From the NCBI RefSeq assembly GCF_036323395.1, contig NZ_AP028907.1, positions 900,001-932,000 on the forward strand: a stretch of 32,000 nt of DNA, given 5' to 3'. Shown here one piece after another: positions 24,504 through 32,000 of this stretch (the first letter of the stretch is position 1; the number at the start of each line of letters is the position of its first letter). Source of the DNA: Pyrodictium abyssi. Its GTDB lineage: Archaea > Thermoproteota > Thermoprotei_A > Sulfolobales > Pyrodictiaceae. A program made the translations under genes and the position numbers. The notes below the pieces were generated by a model. It searched no databases, was not told where the DNA came from, and worked only from the letters and a program-made list of their open reading frames with translations.

Positions 24504-25508
24504 ATGAATAGGAGAACGGAAAGACGTGGCATTACGCGTAGAGAATTCATTAATGCAGGTATAGTGATTGCTGCTGCTACGGCTCTGGCTTCTTCAAGGC
24601 TGCTAGTAGTGGGTGTTTCAGCGGATTCTGGTGGTCCTGTTGGAGGCGGCGAATACTATGAGCCATTCTTCATAGAGGGTGATAATGAGCGTATCATGTA
24701 TTATGAGGCTTTGGGCTTCGTGGTCGATGTTGATGGTAGGAAGTGTGTAGCCAACCCCCTCTTACCGGGCAAGTGTATGGTGTACACGAAGCAGTACTAC
24801 GATGATAGGTTTGTACTCTTACCGCCAGGCGCTACGGAAGACTTCTATGGCCGGTGCATTCGCTGTGGTTTGTGCTACTTTGCGTGCCACTATATGGGGT
24901 ATAATGCGATAAAGCTAGCCGGGCTTAGTAGGGGTCTCCGCGAGCTCGGTGCACCTATAGTCGATGATATGATGAAATATCCGTGTACTCTGTGTATGGA
25001 GTGTACTAAGGTGTGTCCGACGGGGGCGCTTGAGGAGATACCTAAGGAAGAAGTGAAAATGGGTATAGCTCTCATAGACCCGGACCTCTGCTGGGCATGG
25101 AATAGTGGTGACTGTAAGAGCTGTGCTAAGGCGTGTCCCTTCGGCTCAGAAGTATTCGAATTCACGTATAACGAGTGGGGCGTTCACACGAAAGTGAACC
25201 CGGAGAAGTGTAAAGGGTGTGGTCTCTGTATACCTGCATGTCCTATAGGTGGCTCCGCCATACATGTGCTTCCTGTTGACGAGTATGAGCGTAGGGTAAA
25301 GAACTACAAGAACACTGACATGAGCTACGAGGAATATCTCAAACTGATACTCGAGACGGAGCGCACCGACCCGTTTAAGGCTACATGGAGGACGGCGATA
25401 AACACGGACTACATCTTGAATGTTAGGGGCTTGGAGGAGGAGAAGATCGAGACCGAGCTGGGCACTAGCAGTACAGGCATGAAACCAGCCAGCAACAATA
25501 AACAATAA
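24504..25508 (+). CDS. napG: NapG-like Tat-exported poly-ferredoxin (four 4Fe-4S motifs)
   Basis: The track ORF is 24435..25508. I prefer ATG 24504 (MNRRTERRGITRREFINAGIVIAAATALA), which places the twin-arginine motif at a normal distance from the N-terminus. The Cys clusters are CIRCGLCYFAC, CTLCMECTKVCP, CKSCAKACP and CKGCGLCIPACP. Confidence 0.75.
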   Translation: MNRRTERRGITRREFINAGIVIAAATALASSRLLVVGVSADSGGPVGGGEYYEPFFIEGDNERIMYYEALGFVVDVDGRKCVANPLLPGKCMVYTKQYYDDRFVLLPPGATEDFYGRCIRCGLCYFACHYMGYNAIKLAGLSRGLRELGAPIVDDMMKYPCTLCMECTKVCPTGALEEIPKEEVKMGIALIDPDLCWAWNSGDCKSCAKACPFGSEVFEFTYNEWGVHTKVNPEKCKGCGLCIPACPIGGSAIHVLPVDEYERRVKNYKNTDMSYEEYLKLILETERTDPFKATWRTAINTDYILNVRGLEEEKIETELGTSSTGMKPASNNKQ

Positions 25509-25527
25509 TAGTATATAGACGTAATGT

Positions 25528-26475
25528 ATGGGTGATACATACATGCCTCCACGCAGTGGTCTTGCCCGCAGGCTCTGGCTCACTATTCGCGGTGTACCGC
25601 CCCGTGGCAGGTATACCGTGGCTAGAAGGTTGATGCAGATAATAGTACTAAGCTTGTTTACAACTCAGCTACTAGTCTCGGGGGCAATCATTGCAGGCAG
25701 CCTCGCCTCGAGCAGGATATTCAACACGATACCCATGATGGATGTGTTCGCCTGGCTAGAACAAACAGCTGCAACACGCAGTCCGACATTCGAATCCGTT
25801 ATAGCTGTACTAGTAGTGTTCACGCTCTACAGCGTCCTGGGACGCTTCTTCTGCGGCTGGGTCTGCCCAATGGACCTAGTCTTTAGCCTATTTGAACGCA
25901 AGCTCTCGGGCCCAAGAGCGGCACCTCTAACAAGACCGCATAGCGCAGGACGTGTAGAGACGGCTATACCACTAGTGATGATGGCTATATACCTCGTGCT
26001 ATCAGTGCTACTAGGCCAGCCATTCTTCACTACAGTATCGCCGGTAGCGGGCATGACGAAGCTAGGCTCTACGCTTGTCGGCGTGATCTATAATATCCCT
26101 GGGGCTGCAATAGGGCTGGTCATGGCCTGGGCCACTATTACAGGGTTCGCTCTCATAGTAAACATAATAGCAGAGTATGTATTCGGCGTGAAGAGGCTCT
26201 GGTGCCGGTTCATCTGCCCTATAGGCAACACGTATGGTTACGTAATGAACCGCTATAGCCCTCTCCGCATAAAGGTGACAAGTGTAGAGAAGTGTAAGGG
26301 CTGTAACCTCTGTAGCATGGCATGTCCGATGAGCATAGACCTCCTGGAATACATACAGAGCGGAAGAGACGTTAGCGACTATAGGTGCTTCAAGTGCGGT
26401 CGCTGCATCGAGGCATGTCCGCATGGTGTGCTAAAGCTAGGCTTCAGCATCAAGAGAAGCAAAGACAAGCAGTAG
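25528..26475 (+). CDS. napH: NapH-like (NapH/MauN/NosR-type) integral membrane iron-sulfur protein
   Basis: 315 aa with about four hydrophobic helices. Two CxxCP motifs are embedded after TM helices (GRFFCGWVCPMD and RLWCRFICPIGN). The C-terminus carries two ferredoxin motifs, CKGCNLCSMACP and CFKCGRCIEACP. Confidence 0.8.
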   Translation: MGDTYMPPRSGLARRLWLTIRGVPPRGRYTVARRLMQIIVLSLFTTQLLVSGAIIAGSLASSRIFNTIPMMDVFAWLEQTAATRSPTFESVIAVLVVFTLYSVLGRFFCGWVCPMDLVFSLFERKLSGPRAAPLTRPHSAGRVETAIPLVMMAIYLVLSVLLGQPFFTTVSPVAGMTKLGSTLVGVIYNIPGAAIGLVMAWATITGFALIVNIIAEYVFGVKRLWCRFICPIGNTYGYVMNRYSPLRIKVTSVEKCKGCNLCSMACPMSIDLLEYIQSGRDVSDYRCFKCGRCIEACPHGVLKLGFSIKRSKDKQ

Positions 26476-26587
26476 ATCTGCTAAATGCCAGGCGTGTGGT
26501 GGGCCTGTCGATGCGTCATGGAATAGTGTGTTGTATAAAGGGGCTACCACGCGACAGAAATAGCTCGGGTCAAAACAAGGCTACAAG

Positions 26588-26971
26588 GTGGATGACGGAT
26601 TGGCTTTCGCTGCAGGCTTTCTCCTCCTAACCCCTCATTACCGTGACGAGCCTAAAAGGCGTGAGGTAAAACAGTACCTGGAGAATCTAGGCTTCGAACT
26701 CTACGAGGTCGGCAAACAAGCATTCATAGTATTCTACGTAGAGGCGCCCAACCCTAAGGCCCTTGAGGACGTCATTAAGATGGCAGAACAGCACGACGGT
26801 GTAGCAAAGGCATACATAGCTTTCGGCTTTATGGGCGACGATGCCGTTAGGGAGTGGATTAATGACGCTCTGGCTAGAGGCGAACTTGAGCTAGACGAGA
26901 GCACAAAAGAATACATACGAGGCATCTTGGCCAAGATAGCCCCGGACAAACTACGCGCTCAATCCCCGTAA
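26588..26971 (+). CDS. Small cytoplasmic protein with a NapD-like ferredoxin-fold core (tentative)
   Basis: 127 aa with a GTG start. The segment GFLLLTPHYRDEPKRREVKQYLENLGFELYEVGKQAFIVFYVEAPNPKALEDVIKMAEQHDGVAKAYIAFGF lines up by eye, element for element, with E. coli NapA-chaperone NapD (SLVVQAKSERISDISTQLNAFPGCEVAVSDAPSGQLIVVVEAEDSETLIQTIESVRNVEGVLAVSLVYH). The position after napAGH supports the call. The fold pattern is common (ACT/Lrp-like), so confidence is low. Confidence 0.35.
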   Translation: MDDGLAFAAGFLLLTPHYRDEPKRREVKQYLENLGFELYEVGKQAFIVFYVEAPNPKALEDVIKMAEQHDGVAKAYIAFGFMGDDAVREWINDALARGELELDESTKEYIRGILAKIAPDKLRAQSP

Positions 26972-27052
26972 TAGCGCATCCATGCCAGTTCCCGGGTGCG
27001 TCCCAATAGCAGTGTTTCTTAACACCCTAGTCACTCTGAAGCCCCGCGATTC

Positions 27053-28750
27053 TTGAGGCTCAATAGGGGCTCGGCCATGGCTCTACACCAGGTACTCCAG
27101 GAAGCCTCTAGAGCGATTGACGGACTCCGAGCCTTCGAGCTTGTTTCGCTCCTCTCGAGGTTGCACCGTATCCAGGGCGGCAGCGAGGTAGCAATAGCTG
27201 CTGAGCATGTAGCCCAGCTTCTGGGGGAACTAGGCATAGAGACTAGGCTGGAGACTTTCCGGGGTCCTCTAGGACTCTACGAGCATTGGGGCTTCTGGGA
27301 GCCTAGGGGCTGGCAGCTCTACTCGGCTGTGCTGGAGAGGAGGCGGAGTGACGGAAGTTGGGAAACAGTCGCGTCGAGCCATGAGACCCCCCTCATAGCT
27401 GTCGTGCATTCTCCGCCGGGTAGTGTGGAGGGAGAGGCTAGGCTAGTGGGCAGCCCCGATAGCTACCAGGGCGAGCCAGTGCCGGTGGTGTCTAGCCTGG
27501 CATGGGAGGCGTACTACCGCCTCGTTGAGGCCGGCGCAGATGCAGTAATAGCGTTCCACGAGGGGCCGGGCGTCAGGTACTGGGGCCTCTACCCTCCGTT
27601 CTTCCAGGAGCCGCCAAGCGCGCCAGCGGTGAGTATCGAACGGGAGAAAGCGCTCCGTCTAAACCGCGAGAGAGTCAGGATACGCGTAGAAGCCGAGTAC
27701 CACACAATGCCGGAGACGCCGGTGCTGCTAGCCCGCGTTGGAGGCGATGGCGGCCCTGTGGTGCTGCTGGTAGCCCATATTTGTCATCCAAGACCTGGCG
27801 CGCATGATAACGCTAGTGGCGTCGCTGTGCTCGTCGAGGTAATGGCAGCGCTCAAGGCTGTAGAGAGCCGGCTAAGAGACGCGGGGGTCTCGGTTATAGC
27901 GGTCGCAGCGCCCGAGTGGACGGGGCTTGCAGCAGCCTTTACCCAGGGCCTGCTAGAGCCCTCAGGCATCATAGCCGCGCTGAGCATAGACATGGTTGGC
28001 GCGCGGCTAGGCTCTACGGGTGGGGTACTCCACCTCATAGGGAGCCCGCCCCCGCTAGTGTCTCCGCTAGACCCGGCGCTAGACGCGGCTATCGCAGCGA
28101 GCGTAGAGGGGCCCTATACCGGTCTAAAGAGCTACGAGTGGGGAAGCGACCATGACGTAGCAATAGGGATGGGTGTGCCGAGCTCGCTGCTCAATGAGTG
28201 GCCCGACCGGTACTACCACACAAGCCTCGACACGCCAGACAACCTGTCGCCGCAACGGCTGGCAGCTACAGCCAGGGCTATAGCCGGTGCCATAGTAGCT
28301 CTCGGAGAGAGGCTAGAATATGCAATAGAGGCGGCAAAGGCCAGCACCAGCCTCTACATCTACAGGGCGCTGCTATCCGACATGGCTGTGGAAGGCAACG
28401 CCCGGGAGGCAGCCGTCAAGCTAGCAGAGTACTCCAGAGCGTACCTCGACTCCATCCGTCGCGCCATGAAGAGAGGTGAGCAGGAGCAGCCGTGGAGCCG
28501 CGACATAGATGCCGTGGTTAGGCCGCCCATAACCCGGACTTACCTCTACCTGCGCGGCGGCGAGGCTGGCAAGAAGATACTAGAGCTCGGGGATCGGGAG
28601 AGGAGCGGGGTCAAGGCTATGATGACTATCGCCGCGGCTACTGGTAGCATGGAGATAGCTAAGCTATACTACCAGATGAAGACCGGTAGGCAGCCTAGCG
28701 AAGAGCTAGTAGAACTCGTAGAGAGGATGCTAGCCATGGGCCGCGGCTAG
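27053..28750 (+). CDS. M28-family metallopeptidase-like protein
   Basis: 565 aa with a TTG start at 27053 and an alternative ATG at 27077. It contains the zinc-site block VAHICHPRPGAHDNASGVAVLVEVMAAL (H...GA.DNASG) and later SDHD and YHTSLDTPDN, which are typical of M28 aminopeptidase-like proteins. Confidence 0.7.
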   Translation: MRLNRGSAMALHQVLQEASRAIDGLRAFELVSLLSRLHRIQGGSEVAIAAEHVAQLLGELGIETRLETFRGPLGLYEHWGFWEPRGWQLYSAVLERRRSDGSWETVASSHETPLIAVVHSPPGSVEGEARLVGSPDSYQGEPVPVVSSLAWEAYYRLVEAGADAVIAFHEGPGVRYWGLYPPFFQEPPSAPAVSIEREKALRLNRERVRIRVEAEYHTMPETPVLLARVGGDGGPVVLLVAHICHPRPGAHDNASGVAVLVEVMAALKAVESRLRDAGVSVIAVAAPEWTGLAAAFTQGLLEPSGIIAALSIDMVGARLGSTGGVLHLIGSPPPLVSPLDPALDAAIAASVEGPYTGLKSYEWGSDHDVAIGMGVPSSLLNEWPDRYYHTSLDTPDNLSPQRLAATARAIAGAIVALGERLEYAIEAAKASTSLYIYRALLSDMAVEGNAREAAVKLAEYSRAYLDSIRRAMKRGEQEQPWSRDIDAVVRPPITRTYLYLRGGEAGKKILELGDRERSGVKAMMTIAAATGSMEIAKLYYQMKTGRQPSEELVELVERMLAMGRG

Positions 28751-29481
28751 CACTCAACGCTATAGCCTAGCCGCCTAGCCGCCTCGCAGACGGTGGTAAC
28801 AGCATAGCCTTTTCCGCGTAGGAAACGTATCAGCCTCCTTAAGAGGTTCAGGGCGGTATCCCCAGTATTAAAGCGGCAGTCGAGCCGGATAGGAGCACTA
28901 CGCATGTCAACGTACTCCCAGGGATGAGAGAAGTACACCAATGGCGGCGCTAACGCGCTGTGGATAAGCCGCTGCAGCCGCCAGGGTAGACGTAGCACCG
29001 AAGAGGTAACGGAGACTGGCAGGCGCACGAGCCCTCCAGCCACCCGCACTCCTCGCGGGAACGGCGGCTTGTACCTGGCTAGGGAAGAGTCCACAGCGTA
29101 GCCTAGCTCCACGAGTACTGGTAATAGCTCGTCGGGAAGCTGTAGATTTGGTGCACGGAAGGAACGTGTATCGCCATACCTACGTAGCTCCTTAGTAGCC
29201 TTCTCCAGGAGGCGACGAGCCTCAGAGAAGCCGAGCTTGTCAAGACGCTCGTGCATATAGCCATGGGACCCGAGCTCGTGCCCCTCGTCGACAACCCGGC
29301 GGACTAGGCCGGGAAACTTCCTCGCCATCTCCGCGGTGAAGAAGAACGTGGCCTTAACGCCCTCCTCGGAGAGCACGTCTAGGATGCGCGGCAGCCCCTC
29401 CCCCATGCCCCGGGTAGAAGCCAGATAGGGCGGGCAATCCTGCTCAACATCAAAGCTCAACACAGCTATTCTCGGCGTCAA
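28747..29481 (-). CDS. Polysaccharide deacetylase (NodB/CE4-like) family protein
   Basis: 244 aa. It has FDVEQDCPPY (the first Asp motif), GHELGSHGYMHE (the His-His motif) and FRAPNLQ. The TTG start overlaps the GT4 stop (TTGA at 29478..29481). Confidence 0.72.
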   Translation of the reverse strand: MTPRIAVLSFDVEQDCPPYLASTRGMGEGLPRILDVLSEEGVKATFFFTAEMARKFPGLVRRVVDEGHELGSHGYMHERLDKLGFSEARRLLEKATKELRRYGDTRSFRAPNLQLPDELLPVLVELGYAVDSSLARYKPPFPRGVRVAGGLVRLPVSVTSSVLRLPWRLQRLIHSALAPPLVYFSHPWEYVDMRSAPIRLDCRFNTGDTALNLLRRLIRFLRGKGYAVTTVCEAARRLGYSVEC

Positions 29482-30692
29482 CCCTTAATCCACCGCCACA
29501 GCCTGTATAGGAGATAACGCTTATCGCTCCCGGAGGCAGCGTCTATCGTGGCACGGTATATCTCCAGTATGCTCTGAACCACCCTATCCCACGAGAAGTG
29601 CCTTGCCACGTGTAGCGGGGCATTCTGCGATAGTCTTGCATGTAGATCGTCGTCGAGAGCTAGCTCCGCTATCCTGGCCGCAGCCTCCTCATCACTATCC
29701 ACAAGGAACCCTGTAACCCCGTCGGCTATGGCATCGCTTACACCGCTCTCCCGGAAGCCGATAACCGGGACACCACACGCCATGGACTCGAGAGCAGCTA
29801 TAGAGAAAGCCTCAAGCCGGGCAGGCACTATAGCGACGTCGGCAGCCCAGTATATCTCGCGCAGACGTTGCCTCTCAACGAAGCCAATGATATCTATACT
29901 CGTATAACGGGAGTATCTACGTGCCTCCTCCCTGACGAGGCCTGCTAACGGCCCATCTCCGACTATGACTACGTGGAGACGCTTCCCGGCGCGTCTGGCG
30001 GCCTCCTCGACTATCCTAGGCACGACGTGCATCCTCTTACGCCTTGTGAACCTCCCAACAGCCACTACCGTGAACCGGTCTTCGGGTATCCCTAGCCTCC
30101 TCCGGGCCCTGTTCCTTTCCTCGGCTTCATGGGGCCTCCAGAAAGACGGGTCAACGGCATTCGGGACAATGTAGACTGGGTGGCCGTTAACGTTGAGGAG
30201 CTTTCGAGAGTCTTTGGCTACCTTACGGCTTACCGCTATGTAGGCGTCTACGCGCCTAAGAAGGCGGCGAAGAATGTAGACTATAGGGATCGTCGAGTAG
30301 CGCCAGCTAAAAAGCGAATGATTTGTGGCTACGACTGGCACGCCACGTATACCTCTAGAAAGGTTGGCTATAGCTATAGCCAGGGGAGAGTATATGCTGT
30401 GGATATGCGTAATGTCGAAGCCAACCTCCTTGTATATACGGTTGGCTTCTATGAGCGAGCCAGCGCCAAGGCTTATATGGGCCGACTTTAGGTAGAATGT
30501 CCCTCTAAGCCTGTGGACCGGGTAAGGGAAGGAGTCCCGGTAAGGTTTAAGCACCCTATAATCGTGGGTAAAGACGTGGGGCTCATGCCCCATCCTCTGT
30601 AGAGCAAGTGCCAGCTCGTGTATGTGGGTCTCTATGCCGCCTACCTTGGGGTAAAACCAGTCCGACGCCAGCGCGATTTTAAGAGAGTCCAA
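29478..30692 (-). CDS. GT4-family (GT-B fold) glycosyltransferase
   Basis: 404 aa. The N-terminus is KIALASDWFYPKVGGIETHIHELA. The C-terminal EX7E-type block is PARLEAFSIAALESMACGVPVIGF. Confidence 0.85.
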   Translation of the reverse strand: MDSLKIALASDWFYPKVGGIETHIHELALALQRMGHEPHVFTHDYRVLKPYRDSFPYPVHRLRGTFYLKSAHISLGAGSLIEANRIYKEVGFDITHIHSIYSPLAIAIANLSRGIRGVPVVATNHSLFSWRYSTIPIVYILRRLLRRVDAYIAVSRKVAKDSRKLLNVNGHPVYIVPNAVDPSFWRPHEAEERNRARRRLGIPEDRFTVVAVGRFTRRKRMHVVPRIVEEAARRAGKRLHVVIVGDGPLAGLVREEARRYSRYTSIDIIGFVERQRLREIYWAADVAIVPARLEAFSIAALESMACGVPVIGFRESGVSDAIADGVTGFLVDSDEEAAARIAELALDDDLHARLSQNAPLHVARHFSWDRVVQSILEIYRATIDAASGSDKRYLLYRLWRWIKG

Positions 30693-31492
30693 GCCTGCGG
30701 GCCTCCGCCGATAACCACCACGAGGAGTCCAATTAGCGATGCGAAACCATAGGAGATAAGTCTCTCTATCATGACTAGAGCAAGAGCCACACTAGGCTCA
30801 GCACCTAGAGCCACGAAGACCGCTGTAAGCCCACCCTCTACTATGCCAAGGCCACCGGGGGTGATAGCTAGTATGCCGACAACGAGGTACATCACCGATG
30901 CTAGGGCGAAGCGGAGTAGTGGCGCTTCCCAGCCAACAGCTAGCGCAGCTGCGTACAGCCTAAGAACGTCAAATACCCACACCAGAGCGCTAAGAGCGAT
31001 AGTAGTGGCAAAGAGGCCTCTATCGCTTATGAGCCTTCTAACCGAAGCCTCTGTGTCCAACTGGTCGTCGAAGCCGAGCCTCTTAGCCGCTACGGCAAGT
31101 ATTCTATCCCAGTACTTCACGCCAACTATAGTGGCTATGACTATCAGCGCAAACCCGAGGAACACACCGAGAGGCCTATCACCCGAGAGGAGTGCCTCAG
31201 CAATAGATACAACAGCTAACGCTATAACTGGTATGGATTCACATATGCGCTCGAACGCTACGGTATTGAGCAGCTTTACCAGCGGCGCGCCCGTCTTCAC
31301 ATAAGCGTATAGTATCCTCATGAGTTCGCCGCCAGCCCGGGCGCTCGGAGTGATATTGTTAACCAGTATAGACGCCAGATACGCCGCCATGGAGTCCCAG
31401 AGCCGTAGCCTCACCCCGGCCCGCTGGAGCACAATCACCCAGCGGACAGCGTATATGAGAACAGACGCGAGGTAGAGTAGTAATGCAAGCAA
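30641..31492 (-). CDS. UPF0104 / lysylphosphatidylglycerol-synthase-TM-region-like (flippase-like) membrane protein
   Basis: Polytopic membrane ORF with YAVRWVIVLQRAGVRLRLWDSMAAYLASILVNNITPSARAGGELMRILY, characteristic of the UPF0104 family. The frame stays open upstream to 31562 without ATG/GTG, so the TTG start at 31492 is uncertain. Its 3' end overlaps the GT4 start by 52 nt. Confidence 0.7.
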   Translation of the reverse strand: MLALLLYLASVLIYAVRWVIVLQRAGVRLRLWDSMAAYLASILVNNITPSARAGGELMRILYAYVKTGAPLVKLLNTVAFERICESIPVIALAVVSIAEALLSGDRPLGVFLGFALIVIATIVGVKYWDRILAVAAKRLGFDDQLDTEASVRRLISDRGLFATTIALSALVWVFDVLRLYAAALAVGWEAPLLRFALASVMYLVVGILAITPGGLGIVEGGLTAVFVALGAEPSVALALVMIERLISYGFASLIGLLVVVIGGGPQAWTLLKSRWRRTGFTPR

Positions 31493-31716
31493 GATATACG
31501 CTGCATCAGCCTCGGCGAGGACCCTGAGGGAGCCCCGGATCCAGCCTAGTGCCTCCAGGGCATTTCACCGCTACGTCCCTTTACATGCCTATTAAGGCCA
31601 TGCAGCGAGGCGGCAGCGAGAACCCTATATTTAGCCTAATCTGGGGCTCCATGATGTGCGTCTAAATTACGTAGAGCCGGGCTCCGGGGACCGGCGTGTC
31701 CAGGGCCCAAAAGACG

Positions 31717-32000
31717 TTAGCGCTTAATGAACTCGAGTAACGAGGCGGCGCCACCGCGGCGTTTCTCGCGCTTAGCTTCACGATACAGCTTTGCAACATC
31801 TATGTGGCGGTACTCCAGGCCGAGGCTAGTGAGTAGTGAGAGAGCGTCCTTGGTTATCGCTGGCGCGGCCAGAATTCCTCTAACCTTGGCCTCTGGGTTG
31901 GCCTTGCGGAAGTTCTCTACGTATCTATGGAGCTGTTTGACTGCTTCAAGCCCCGCTGTGACGCGCTTAACCTCTATCACTACGTAGCGGCCCTCGGAAT
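31717..32000 (-). CDS. nucS: NucS/EndoMS endonuclease, C-terminal catalytic domain (partial, continues beyond window end)
   Basis: The frame is open to the window edge (SEGRYVVIEVKRVTAGLEAVKQLHRYVENFRKANPEAKVRGILAAPAITKDALSLLTSLGLEYRHID). This matches Pyrococcus NucS (LVVLELKRRRADLHAVSQLKRYVEALKEE..VRGILVAPSLTSGAKKLLEKEGLEFRKL) as I recall it. The GTG at 31980 used by the ORF track is internal. Confidence 0.85.
   Translation of the reverse strand, partial: SEGRYVVIEVKRVTAGLEAVKQLHRYVENFRKANPEAKVRGILAAPAITKDALSLLTSLGLEYRHIDVAKLYREAKREKRRGGAASLLEFIKR

Noticed and set aside
1-32000. CRISPR arrays, rRNA genes, IS elements with terminal inverted repeats, long tandem repeats
   Set aside because: I saw no regularly spaced direct repeats, no rRNA-like conserved stretches and no transposase-like ORFs while reading through the window. 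The only repetitive DNA is the coding TxT low-complexity sequence in the napA-like and cytochrome genes and the 13-mer pair at 7165..7209.

Overview
The window reads as chromosomal DNA from a hyperthermophilic crenarchaeon. This assignment is an inference from about 55% GC, heavy AUA/AGG/CUA codon use, many TTG/GTG starts, a herA-mre11 pair, NucS and a small AdoMetDC-family proenzyme. It could be Desulfurococcales/Pyrodictiaceae-like, but I cannot confirm taxonomy without a search.

Layout:
- 1-12.8 kb is housekeeping. It holds mre11 (partial, missed by the ORF track), herA, a THUMP protein, a radical SAM protein, cysS, a methyltransferase, small wHTH and unknown ORFs, an AdoMetDC-family proenzyme, DUF2283, a CBS protein, DUF167, argS and tRNA-Arg(TCG).
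- 12.8-16.85 kb is a lower-GC decayed integrated element abutting tRNA-Arg. It holds a tyrosine integrase split by a frameshift, a RelE-type toxin-antitoxin pair and an uncharacterised two-gene cassette whose larger product has a PD-(D/E)xK nuclease core. It ends at a frameshifted 3' remnant of a copA-type P-type ATPase.
- 17.1-27 kb is the most unusual part, a Nap-like respiratory locus. It holds a membrane-anchored monohaem cytochrome c, a ferredoxin/MvhD-like fusion, an unknown 322-aa protein, a 1254-aa NapA-like molybdoenzyme with a Tat signal and a Thr-rich stalk, NapG-like and NapH-like proteins, and a small NapD-like ORF. No NapB or NapC is present.
- 27-32 kb holds an M28-type peptidase, a deacetylase / GT4 glycosyltransferase / UPF0104 membrane protein cluster, and a partial nucS.

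I saw no rRNA and no CRISPR array. All family assignments come from motif recognition by eye, not from searches.
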